A stretch of DNA of 63,608 nt, filler included, from Pelomyxa schiedti (Eukaryota > Protista > Evosea), in the NCBI GenBank assembly GCA_020536535.1. It is 8 parts of 8 records of this genome, joined end to end, with 100 filler letters (N's around TTAATTAATTAA, not from the genome) between each part and the next. Parts side by side here need not be neighbours in the genome. Positions count along the whole stretch, not along the records: positions 1 to 19,330 come from JAHLWZ010000474.1; positions 19,431 to 30,599 come from JAHLWZ010001244.1; 6 more parts are not named here. One strand, written 5' to 3'. A program made the translations under genes and the position numbers. A model generated the notes under the pieces. The model did no database searches, had not been told where the DNA came from, and saw only the letters and a program-made list of their open reading frames with translations. Of this stretch, positions 10,031 to 20,882 are shown piece by piece. Position 1 is the stretch's first letter. Each line of letters begins with the position of its first letter.

Positions 10031-13000
10031 ATGGCAACTTCCCCAGGCAAACAGTCTGGTGCTACAACTGCCACTGCAACGACACCAAGCAACACCTTGC
10101 CCACGTCTCCACCCCAAACGAGACCTGCAGTGGTGGCTCAAAGTGGTACACCAACCCGCACAACCTCCACAAGTGGTGCCCCTCGCCCCCTTCCTTCCCC
10201 TGCTCCGCCGCGGGACACTCCAACATCCAAGCCGAGTGGGGTCCTCGGTCGTGCCGCGTTCTTCAACGGGCTCGCCAGGGGCGCCCCAACCCCCGACGCA
10301 ACTACAACGCGTCAACAGAACACCGCGAACAGCGGAACCCAATTGCGGGGTTCCTCGTCGTCCTCGGGCACAGTTAAACCTACTGCGGCTCCGACGGCGA
10401 CCGCGAAGGGAACAACCGGCACCGCGGACGCCACACCAGCTCGTCGGACTCTCCCGCCTCCTCCTACGGCTCATCCTCTTCCTCCGCCTTCTTCTTCTTC
10501 TTCTTCTTCTTCTTCTTCCTCGGCATGTACTTCCACGGTGCCGAGCGTTGTTGGGTACGAGGCGTTCCAAAGAGTGTTGCGCGACCGCGCCGCGTTCTTC
10601 ACGGCAATGGCGCGATCTGCCACGGTGAACGACGTGCAGAACTCGTCAGGGAGCCTTGTTGTGGCGAGGAACTTCAGGCTCGTGAGGAAAATCGCGCATG
10701 GTTGCAACGGTATCCCAGATTGTCACTCTGCCATAATTGACAAATGACAGGGATTGTGTATGAGGTGAAGTGTATTGGGAAGGGACACCCTGAGTTGTTC
10801 AGGGATCAATCATATGTGCTGAAGGTCCCCTTTAATTATGGTGTCAGCACGAAGAGTGTTCAAAATGCCTTTGAGGTATTATACACCCACCCTCCAATGC
10901 CTGACTGATTTTAACCGCCGTTTCTTCAAGAATGAATACCTCATCTCCTCCACATTGGAACCACATGGAAACATCAATCAATATTTCTGTCACTTCACGG
11001 ACCGCATCCCACAAGAGTATTACGACCACCTTCCAGAGGTGGCCAAGGAGCTCGCATTTGACCCAGAGCGCAACAGGATGCACGCTTTCATATGGGTTGT
11101 TCTTGAGCACCATTCTGAGACATTGGAGCAGTTTCTGAGAGATACCAAAAGTTCTTCCCTGCGTCCACAAGCAACAACCACCACACCGTGGCCGATTGTT
11201 CACAAGTATTCCAGGGATATCTGTGCTTCTCTTGAACATCTTTTCATGAATCAGATAATCCACTTTGACATCAAGTTGGACAACATTGTCATTTCTTCTG
11301 TGTGTTTTGTTGTATGATTAACATTTATCTCACTCCAAAACAAAACAAAACAAAACAAAACAAAACAAAACAAAACAACAACAAAAAAAAAAAAGAACAA
11401 AGAGCAAGCAATTCTGATTGACCTTGGGTGTGCAACAAAATTCCCCACAAGTGACAGGGCATTTGAGACTGAAACGGTGTCACTCATGTCCATATCAGGA
11501 AATCAAAGTCACCGAGCACCCGAAATTATCAATGGAATTGCGCGATACAGACAGAAGCCAGACCGTGCGTCAAAATTGCTCTGTGACAAGGTACCCCCCA
11601 GGTCTTTTTTTGGAGTGTTTGTATTTATGGTAGAAATTCTTTATGTCAATCATATCCACTCTTTCTCGCCATTTAAACAGCAACCATCATTTGAACTTGG
11701 ATGCATTTTGTTTGAACTCGCAATGTGCGGACAACATCCGCTTCCAGGATACCCTGGTGGCTATGGCCCAAGTGGTGAGGTAACGTTTTCACTTGAGAGT
11801 GAGGAACGGTTCCCGATGAAACCACCGGCATTCCCAAAAGAGTTCTGCAACCTCGTCCGGTCATTGTTGCAGTGCGATCCTGAGAAAAGGATGCCTCTGT
11901 TGAAAGCATCAGAGATGCTCTCGAACATTGTTCCACCATGCCCTGCTGATCTCCTCTCGTTTTACTCTTGTGTTGTGCCTCCTCTGACAGGTGATGCAGG
12001 TTTGAGAAATACAACAAACTGCAAACTTTTCACTTACCCAAATACCAAACAACAACAGGAATCCTGACAGTCAAGGCAACGTGCCAGATACTTTGTGGTT
12101 GCTCCTCAAAAGACTGTTCAACAACACTCCACAACGCACTTGAACTCGAACCCCTGTTTTCACCAGCGTTATTGCTTTTTCATTACCTCAGTTCTTGTTC
12201 TGTGGTTGACGGCACTTCTTCTTGTCAACACCGACAAGGGATCCTCGGAGCCCTCACAGGCAAGATGGCCACATTCACAACCACAGATGTGGAATTCATG
12301 AGAGCCATCATCAACAAGAAACACAGAACCACACTTCCTGAATTGGTTTTGACAGCACTCTGGACGAGGCATGTCTCCCAAAAAACTGATTGCCACAGCA
12401 ACACCCAGTTGATTTTGCAAAAAGCACCAACAGCAATAAAAACGCAGCCACTGATTTCCAGTTTTCTGAGGGATGTCATTTGCCCACGAAACGAGATGAT
12501 GATGGAAGCACTTTTTCAGTTGGATGTGGGAAACATTGACTCCGCCCTTGCCCTAGTTGCTGATGCAACCTCCCTGTTTGATTCTAAGATGATGATCTGC
12601 AACAGTTTACAACTGCCCTCATTTCTTTTTTTAACCTCAAAAAAAAGGAGAGACCGAGACAAATCAGTGCAAATACCTGCCTGGATTGTTGTTCCTTTAT
12701 TGCCTTCATTGTGTCATTAATGATCACGTGGCGTTGCATCAGCATATACCGCCAAAGCTGTCATCAGCTTTCTCACATGCACTTTGCCCAAAAATATCGA
12801 AATTGGGAGACATTTGTGTAAGCACTTTGAAAGTCGTCAATGCAACTGCAGAATGTGGTGAGATATGTCTAAATATAGAAGACGTGACCAGTGAGTGGTG
12901 CGACCTTGTTTCCGCAGCAGGCAGGGCATCCCCAACAACAGGACAACAGTGGGCCCACACTTATTTTGTTGGATTGTGGCAACATTTCTGTTCTGACAAC

Positions 13001-14668
13001 CAAAGTGAAGGTGCAGCACACATTTGGGAGCAACTGTGCTCGAAGACATGTGGGCCACATCCTAGTGAACTCCAAATACACTGGTGGGCTTCCTCTATGA
13101 CACGTCTGGCAGGATGTTTTTGCTGGGGACGTGATGGTGTTGACAAGGACACAGCCAAAGCAGTGTCACTGTATCAGAGGGCTGCTGATGTGGGTGATTC
13201 TGAAGCAATGTATTTGCTGGGTGGTTTGTACAGAAGCAATGGTGTTGAAAAGGATGCAATTACACTCATACAGAAAGCCGCTGATGCTGGTAATTCCGAA
13301 GCCATGTTCCAGCTTGGTATCGTCTCTCAAAATGGTGATGGTGTTGCCAAGGATCCAAGAAGGGCTGTGACACTATTCCAGAGGGCCGCTGATGCAGGTC
13401 ATTCCGGGGCAATGTACAGCCTTGGCAAGTGTTATAAATACGGCAGTGGTGTTGAGAAGAACGTGAAGATGGCAGTGTCACTTTACCAGAGAGCCACTGA
13501 TGCTGGTAATGCCTTGGCGATATGGAGCCTTGGCTTGTCTTACAGAGATGGCATTGGCGTTGACAAGGACATTCACAAGGCAGTGTCACTGTTCCAGAGG
13601 GCCTCTGACGCCGGCAACTCCGACGCAACGCACAGCCTTGGCTTGTCTTACAGAGATGGCATTGGCGTTGGCAAGGACATTCACAAGGCAGTGTCACTGT
13701 TCCAGAGGGCCTCTGACGCCGGCAACTCCGGCGCAATGCACAGCCTTGGCTTGTCTTACAGAGATGGCATTGGCGTTGACAAGGACATTCACAAGGCAGT
13801 GTCACTGCTCCAGAGGGCCTCCGACGCTGGCAATGGCGGCGCAATGTGCACCCTTGGTGTGTGTTACGAGAATGGCGAAGGTGTTGGCAAAGATATGCGC
13901 AGGGCTGTGATGTTGTATCAGATGGCTGCTGATGCAGGTGATTCTGGGGCAATTCAGAATCTTGGGGCATGCTATGAGACCGGAAATGGAGTTGACAAGG
14001 ACAAAAACAAGGCAATTTCACTTTACCAGAGGGCTGCCGATGCTGGGAATTCCAGTGCAATGACAGTCCTTGCTGAGATTTATTTTTCTGGAGGTGCTGA
14101 CAAGGACATAAACAAGGCAGTTTCACTTTATCAGAGGGCCGCTGATGCTGGTGATTCCGGCGCAATGTTCATCCTTGGCTGGCGTTATGAAAATGGCAAC
14201 GGTGTTGACAAGGACATTCACAAGGCAGTTTCACTTTACCAGAGGGCCGCTGATGCCGGTGATTCCGACGCAATGTGCACCCTTGCTGAGTGTTACATGA
14301 ATGGAGAGGGTGTTGACAGGAATATCCACAAGGCAGTGACTCTGTACCAGCGGGCCGCCGACGCTGGCCAAGCCTACGCAATGTTCAAGCTTGGTGAGTG
14401 CTACTGCAACAGCAATGGTGTTGCCCAGGACATACACAAGGCAGTTGGGCTGTGGCAGAAGGCCGCCGATGCTGGCGACGACAGGGCAATGTGCAGCCTG
14501 GCATTGTGTTATGATTATGGCGAGGGTGTTGACATTGACCACGCCAGGGCAGATGCGCTGCGGCAGAGGGCCGCCGGTATGGGCAACAAGGAGGCCGTTA
14601 CTCGATTGTTGAGAGATAAAGGAACGCACAATGACGACGCATCAAGGCAGGACGAAGAGGGGTTTTGA
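10031..14668 (+). CDS. Paralogous kinase + helical domain + 14 SEL1 repeats (multi-exon)
   Basis: Same exon order and motifs (IAHGCNG, VLKVPFNY, HFDIKLDN, IDLGC, GNQSHRAPE, QPSFELGCILFE). ORF 12686-14668 has 14 SEL1 units. Confidence 0.85.
11336..11395 (+). repeat. (CAAAA)n microsatellite forming an intron 3' end
   Basis: Pentamer run that merges into a poly-A tract and the AG acceptor. Confidence 0.85.
13526..13835 (+). repeat. Three near-identical 108-bp SEL1-coding units
   Basis: agccttggcttgtcttacagagatggcattggcgttg... recurs at 13526, 13634 and 13742. Confidence 0.9.
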
Positions 14669-14736
14669 CATTGAGAAATAAAACCGTTTGTTGCCCCTTG
14701 ACTTCGCGTGGCGAAACTTTTTTGATTGCTGAAGGG

Positions 14737-17700
14737 ATGGATGATGCGGCGGTTGGTCGTATTGTGAACAAATTCGCGACCAACGAACGAGAGTATATGG
14801 GATGGTTGCAAGTTTTGGCAGAGGTTTTTGTTGTTATTTTTTGTTTTATGTTCTAACGTTGTCTCATCAGGTGTTTTTGTATCCTTTGCGATCAAGTTAC
14901 ATTGCACACGATCTGCAAATGCATGCTCTCTTTTCAAATTCCAAGGAACTGTTGCGCGTGCGTATAACAATTAAAATGACTTACGACACGAATGACGACG
15001 GACCAGTTTTAAAATAAATTCGTAATGTAGGTACAAGGAGAGCTTGTCGCGATAATAAACAGGAGACAACCACCTATCTCCTTGATTGGAGATTTGTTCA
15101 CACAGATTGTATGACGTTACTTTGTTGGTTAATCCCGCTCGTCTTAAGTCACACCAGATTCCACACTTGAATGACTATATCATTTACACAACGAACTACT
15201 CCAAGTGTGTTTCCACACTGAACGAGCTCATGGAAAACAAAAAATTCTCTTCGTTTCTGCAGGTGAGCCACATGTCCCAAATAAAATAATTCCAAAAATC
15301 AAGGGAAGAGGCAGCAAGCAGACAGCAGATGTGAAGGCCTTGATCTTCTTGCCCTTCTCACACTCCCGATGCACAGGGTGAGTGTTTACACAAGACTTCT
15401 TGAGGTTTTGACAACTTGGATCTCCCGTTGTTATGTCTCATTGTTTGTCATCAAGGAATTGATCGAGTCGCATTCCCTGACTGAGAAAGACAGTGCCATT
15501 CTCATGAGTTACTTGCACATTGTGCAGGTGTTGGGATTCCTTTTCGCAACTCAAAAACCCTTATCAAAAACAATAGACAGTTTTACTGAGAATAGACAAT
15601 GAGTTGAGATGTGAAAATGAAGGTGACGATCCTCATGAGGATATTTTTCCTGGCGCTGGTGCTGTTGGTATGAACTGAACAATTCCCTCATGGTAACTTT
15701 CTGTAGATTCGGAAATCAATGTTCCAGGTCCTGCCATTACATCAAAGGTCAGTTGGTTTACACAACAATCTGGTTGTTCTAATAAATCCTAAGGAACTGA
15801 TACAGGGCTTGCGCGAGTTTGAGAAGGAGTACTCCTCCCACTTGTCAATCACCATTGAAGTAAATTTTCAGCGTTGTTTAAACAATGTGTTGTGTGACCC
15901 TTTTACAGGGGTTCCTCAAACCTCTAAAATCATTGCTCAACCTCAATATTGACCAGACGAAAAAACTGTTCTGCAACCTTCCAGAAATTTATCAGGTTTT
16001 CCCTTGCCTCCCTTATCAAATACAAATGAACAACCATCCATGTTAAAAGCTTCACCGCGACGTTTTTGTATTCATTGAAGATGCTGCTCAACTTGACACT
16101 CTTGCCCAGATTGAGAAATTCTTTGCTCATCTTGTAACTTCTACTTTAGTTGTTGGTTGCAAGCTTCCAAACACCTTCGCTTTGTTGTTTTTGGTTGGTT
16201 TTTCAGGCACCAAACGTGGGACTCTATGTGACCTATGCAGCGAACTATCAGCAGTGTGCTCAATCAATACAACACCTGAAAAAAAATTCCAAGTTTGTGT
16301 CATACATCAAGGTTCCCTCCTGGGTTTCTGTCACAACCTACCAATCTCTTTTTTCAGACACAACTTGCCAACCCCGAGCTTGAATCATTTGATCTTCTCA
16401 CACTTTTGAGTCAGCCAGTCCATGCAATCCCCAGGTACATAAGATTACTTGAGGTGATGTGTCATTTCATGCAATTTTTATTTTATATTTTCTTTCTTGA
16501 AAAGTAACAATTTTAATAACAACCAAACCAGGAGTTACTCTCTCAAATTGATGCGACTCACATCCTGTTTTACACTTTTCGTTCATACTTCCACCTTATG
16601 AAGGTAAAAGGCACACGTTATTTTAGTTTCCTTATTCACTTTACCCTCTCTTGTACCAATGAAGGGGATGGAAATCGAAATTGAAGATGCCATTGCCGAG
16701 GAGGAAAATAAACAGAAGGTTATGCAGATACAAAACAAATTGAACATTACCATTTCTGGAGTGAAAGTAGAATTTTCCCAATTACACAACAACCAACCAC
16801 TTCAATTCGGGAATGAGTGCTCACACATCCGCAGCTTCTTGAACCCCATCGACGCTTTGTGAAGGAAGGCAAACTGTTGAGAATCAAGAAAGGCCGAAAC
16901 AAGAAGACAGCACATCTTTATCTGTTCAATGACCTTCTCATTGAGGGTTCATGGTCTGTCATGGGATTTGTGGTGAAGTCTGTTCTCTCGTTGTCAGGAA
17001 TATGCGTTTTTGAGATGGCCAACACATCCAATTTTTCAAACCTTTTCGTGGTGTGTTTGCAAATCATCTTCCATGCTCTTTTTTCCAACTCATTTGTCAA
17101 AAAGGTTGTTCACAAAGAAAAGTCATGTGTATTCAGTGCTGCCAATTCAACTGAACGAGATGGTTGGGTTCAAACACTCACTGAAACACAATCCAAGGTG
17201 CCTTGACATTCCTCGCCCTTGAAACTCTCTTCTTAATTGTATTTGCAGCTGCATCAAAGGAGGAAGACTCTACACTGTGCACAGATTTTCAAAACCGCGG
17301 GCCCTGAACTGCAACCAACAGCAGCATGCAGCAACAGCAAACCGGAAGTAACAGCATCGCCAACACCCGACGTTGTTCAATTGACATCGCCGACTCCAGA
17401 CACTGCCGCCGAAGTTCCGCCGCTCCCTTCCACTCCCGAAGTCAAGCCCGCGAACTCAGCACCCTCCACTCCAGAGACTTCCCGCTCGAACGTGCCCCCG
17501 CCCCTCTCGCCACTGTCGCCGCTTGTCCACCACGGAATCGCCCGCGCCGATTCGCCGCTCCCTCCCCCACTTTCACCGACAGGGCTCCACGCGCCCCCTC
17601 CGCCACTTTCGCCAACAATGCACGGCGGCACACACCACGTGGTCCCGCACCACTGGGTTCACTCGGTGACCTACCCGTCACACCCAACCACCCCTCCTCT

Positions 17701-17992
17701 TCTCACACAGGCCCTGCACATGTCATCCCCGCACCACACATTCCTCTGTCACAAACCAATCCCACAACCCTCAACAACACCCCCTACCTCAACTACGACA
17801 TCCACATCCACGTCCACATCCACATCAACAACAACTTCCACTTCAGCGACATCAGCCTCAGATCCTGAAACCATAGAAAGCACAACACCACAACCCAACA
17901 GTATTCCATCACCCTCATACTCTGATCCCTCCTCTATCTGTAATATACCACCTGTATCAGACCCATCAGGCACAACCGTGGACAAATTGTAA
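14737..17992 (+). CDS. RhoGEF with two tandem DH domains, a PH domain and a Pro-rich tail; many short introns; 3' end uncertain
   Basis: DH1: IVNKFATNEREY, YIIYTTNYSKC, LLTLPMHRVSVYTRLLE. DH2: LREFEKEY, LYVTYAANYQQC, LLSQPVHAIPRYIRLLE. PH: RRFVKEGKL, HLYLFNDLLI, FSAANSTERDGWV. Confidence 0.8.
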
Positions 17993-18115
17993 GTAGGTGA
18001 ATGCCGGTGTTGTTGNNNNNNNNNNNNNNNNNNNNNNNNNNNNNNNNNNNNNNNNNNNNNNNNNNNNNNNNNNNNNNNNNNNNNNNNNNNNNNNNNNNNN
18101 NNNNNNNNNNNNNNN

Positions 18116-18638
18116 CAGGGCAGTGACACTATACCAGAGGTCCGCTGATGCTGGCAGTTCCCTGGGAATGGTCAACATTGCTGTGTGTTTCGGGAAAGGT
18201 GAAGGTGTGGAGAAGGACAGCCACCACGCTGTGGCCATGTTCGAGAGGGCCTCTGAGGCTGGTGACACCATTGGAATGTACAACCTCGGTGTGTGCTGGG
18301 GCACAGGTTCCGGGGTTGACCATGAGGACATGCCAAATGCAGTGAGACTGTTTCAGAGGGCCTCTGACGCCGGGAATGCCATGGCAATGTTCAACCTAGG
18401 GGTGTGTTGTCATATGGAAAAGGACACCCAAAAGGCAGTCGCACTGTACCAGAGGGCAACTGATGCAGGCGTCAGCGCGGCAATGTACAGCCTTGGTGCG
18501 TGTTACTACAATGGCACTGGTGTTGACCAAGATACAGGCAAGGCTGTGGCACTGTGGGAGAAGGCTGCCGATCTCGGCAACGAGGAGGCTGTTGCTCAAT
18601 TGAGAGCACTAGAGGAGCCTGATCCACAGGAACCGTGA
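18116..18638 (+). CDS. 3' part of a second copy or allele of the 5-SEL1 gene
   Basis: Nearly identical to 1981-2503 including 3' flank; begins at an N gap. Confidence 0.75.
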
Positions 18639-19330
18639 TGCTTCTAAATCCAAGAGCCATTTTGTTTTTCCAATAGAAATTTGTTCCTTTATCCTAAAGG
18701 GCACTGCACACATAAACCAGTATGTAATGGTCCACTCTTAAAAAAGCTATGTGTGTGTGGATATAACCACCTAAAAAAGATGGTTCAATTTCCAGTGTGG
18801 CCTGATTTCTCGTTTGAGGTAACTCCTGCTTCGTTTGAAACAACCACACATTCTTTCAAAGAGCTGTTGAACAATCACTTCCACATGCACAAAGTGACAT
18901 TGTGCGTGCAGTGCAGTTCAGTGCTTTTGTGAAGCTGCAACCAAACTCTTTAATATTCATCCATCTCACTCTGTGGGCTTAATGGCAACCTCATCCAGTC
19001 TTGTTCTGACCCCCAAGCACCCAGGCGATGTGTCACAGGAGTTGTTCCGTCTGCATTCGAATTCAACTTTGCGTGTTCAGACCCATCCTGTGGGCCTTCC
19101 ACTTTATTTTTTTGGCAACAGTTTGAATTTGTAATTAAGACTCGAGGAGCAGATCCGGTGCTTTCATTATTTTCAAATTAATCGCACCGGCCGATCCGCG
19201 TCGTGGCGGCACAAGTACAACAGCGCAACCACGGGGGATGACAAGGACGACGATACCGTACGCAGCACAAACTCGTCGAAAACCACGCACATCGACCCCA
19301 CGCCAACACGGAGTTATATTACGGCGCGCG

Positions 19331-19430
19331 NNNNNNNNNNNNNNNNNNNNNNNNNNNNNNNNNNNNNNNNNNNNTTAATTAATTAANNNNNNNNNNNNNN
19401 NNNNNNNNNNNNNNNNNNNNNNNNNNNNNN
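19331..19430. other. Artificial scaffold-joining spacer (also 30600-30699, 35359-35458, 41221-41320, 58204-58303, 61370-61469, 62479-62578)
   Basis: N-run + TTAATTAATTAA (stops in all six frames) + N-run, 100 nt each, seven times. Confidence 0.95.
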
Positions 19431-20257
19431 CTTGTGTTTGTATTCGGGCTTCTTTCTCCCTTACTACACAAGTAAAACAACAACCATCGACACCCCAGCA
19501 CACCTCACAGTGTGGTGGTCACTATCCTAACCCAATCTACCTCGGCACACCTTTGTAAAAAAAAAAAAAGGAGAAAGAATAAAAAACGTTGAACTTGTGA
19601 GGTATTTGCACTTTGTGTGGAAGTGTGGAAACTACATTAGTCCAGTGAACTTCCTAAGGCAGGTTTGGTTCCCTTCAGTGGTCCTGGTTCTTTCAACCAT
19701 CCTTGCTTGGCACTGTACTTGCATGGAGATTCGATTGTTTCTTGTGAGTAAGGTAAGACTGATTGATATTTCTGATCTTGCTTATTGTGTGAGCAAGTGT
19801 GAAGTGACATTTTTCAACTTGAGGGGAATTGGTTGTGACAATGGCAATCCTTCCTTTTGAACTAGGAAGGAAGTTCCCTTCTCACAACTACCCCTCACTA
19901 CTTTGAACAAATCTCACTTCACTACAATAAGCAGGATCTAAATACTCCCATTACTGTTTTTCTGGTGTTGTTATGATCAAGATCTTGAGCTACCAATAGT
20001 GATTTGGCATAAATGCCCTGGTGACACAAACATTCGTCATCTCTTTTGGATTTACCGCTCATAAAAAAAACTAAGAATGAAATATTTCAAAAAGGAAACG
20101 AAAGGGTACTTCACCCTTTCTGCATTCTTTTATTATTTGGCTGTTGTGGTGGTGCAACAAACAAGTGTGGTTGATTGTAAATGCAACAAAGAAAGAGCCC
20201 AGCAGAGCAAAGGCAAGAGGTTCGGCAGGCAGTGAGTGACTTTGGAAACTACCTTCC

Positions 20258-20800
20258 TCAGGACTGACCAAGGGCCGGCTTGTCCGCAAAGTACTCCGGC
20301 TTGATCACAGTCACACCCATCTCCCTGAGAGCCAGCGACAAGTCCTCCATCATCAGCGCGTTCTTAGTCCTCCTCGTCCCCTCTGCGCCCCCGCCGCTGC
20401 CCGCGCCCCCTGGCCCGCCCAGCCCGCCCCCAGACGCCGCCGCGGAAGCCGAGGGAGAAGTCACCGAGCCAGGGGGCGCCGCCGCGGTGGTTGCAGAGGA
20501 GGAGGTGGTGGCGGTGGCGGCGCCGCCAGAGGACTGCTGCTGCTGCTGCAGTTGCATCTGCTGCTGGGAGGAGAGCTTTTTGGCTGCGCCGGGCTGCCTG
20601 TTGGCGTAGTACTCCATGGCGTCCGAGGCGACGTCCGAGACGAACTTCTGGGCGGCCAGGGCCACGAGGCGCTTGACGCGCACGTCGGGCGTCTGGAACC
20701 CCGCGCGCGACAGGAAGTGCGCGACGACCTCGTCTGGTATCGTCGGCGTCCACTCGCCAAGCGACTTTGCGAACGCCTCGACGGCTGTCAGTTCCTCCAT
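20258..20800 (-). CDS. TAF10: TFIID/SAGA subunit TAF10
   Basis: PTIPDEVVAHFLSRAGF..DVRVKRLVALAAQKFVSDVASDAMEY and LMMEDLSLALREMGV..KPEYF histone-fold signature. Confidence 0.93.
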   Translation of the reverse strand: MEELTAVEAFAKSLGEWTPTIPDEVVAHFLSRAGFQTPDVRVKRLVALAAQKFVSDVASDAMEYYANRQPGAAKKLSSQQQMQLQQQQQSSGGAATATTSSSATTAAAPPGSVTSPSASAAASGGGLGGPGGAGSGGGAEGTRRTKNALMMEDLSLALREMGVTVIKPEYFADKPALGQS

Positions 20801-20882
20801 CGACCTTGTATGATTTAGGCTCTGCTTTTGGTTTGGGTTGCGGGCTGGTAGATAATTTTTTTTTTTTATTGTCCCTCGAGGG

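Noticed and set aside
13266-14165. Long repetitive antisense ORF (and many similar shadow ORFs such as 9722-10570 and 26805-27707)
   Set aside because: By-products of SEL1 repeats or GC-rich low-complexity coding on the opposite strand.
19331-19430. Recurrent palindrome TTAATTAATTAA
   Set aside because: Always centred in 100-nt N spacers, so it is an artificial six-frame stop linker; gene adjacency across these joins is meaningless.
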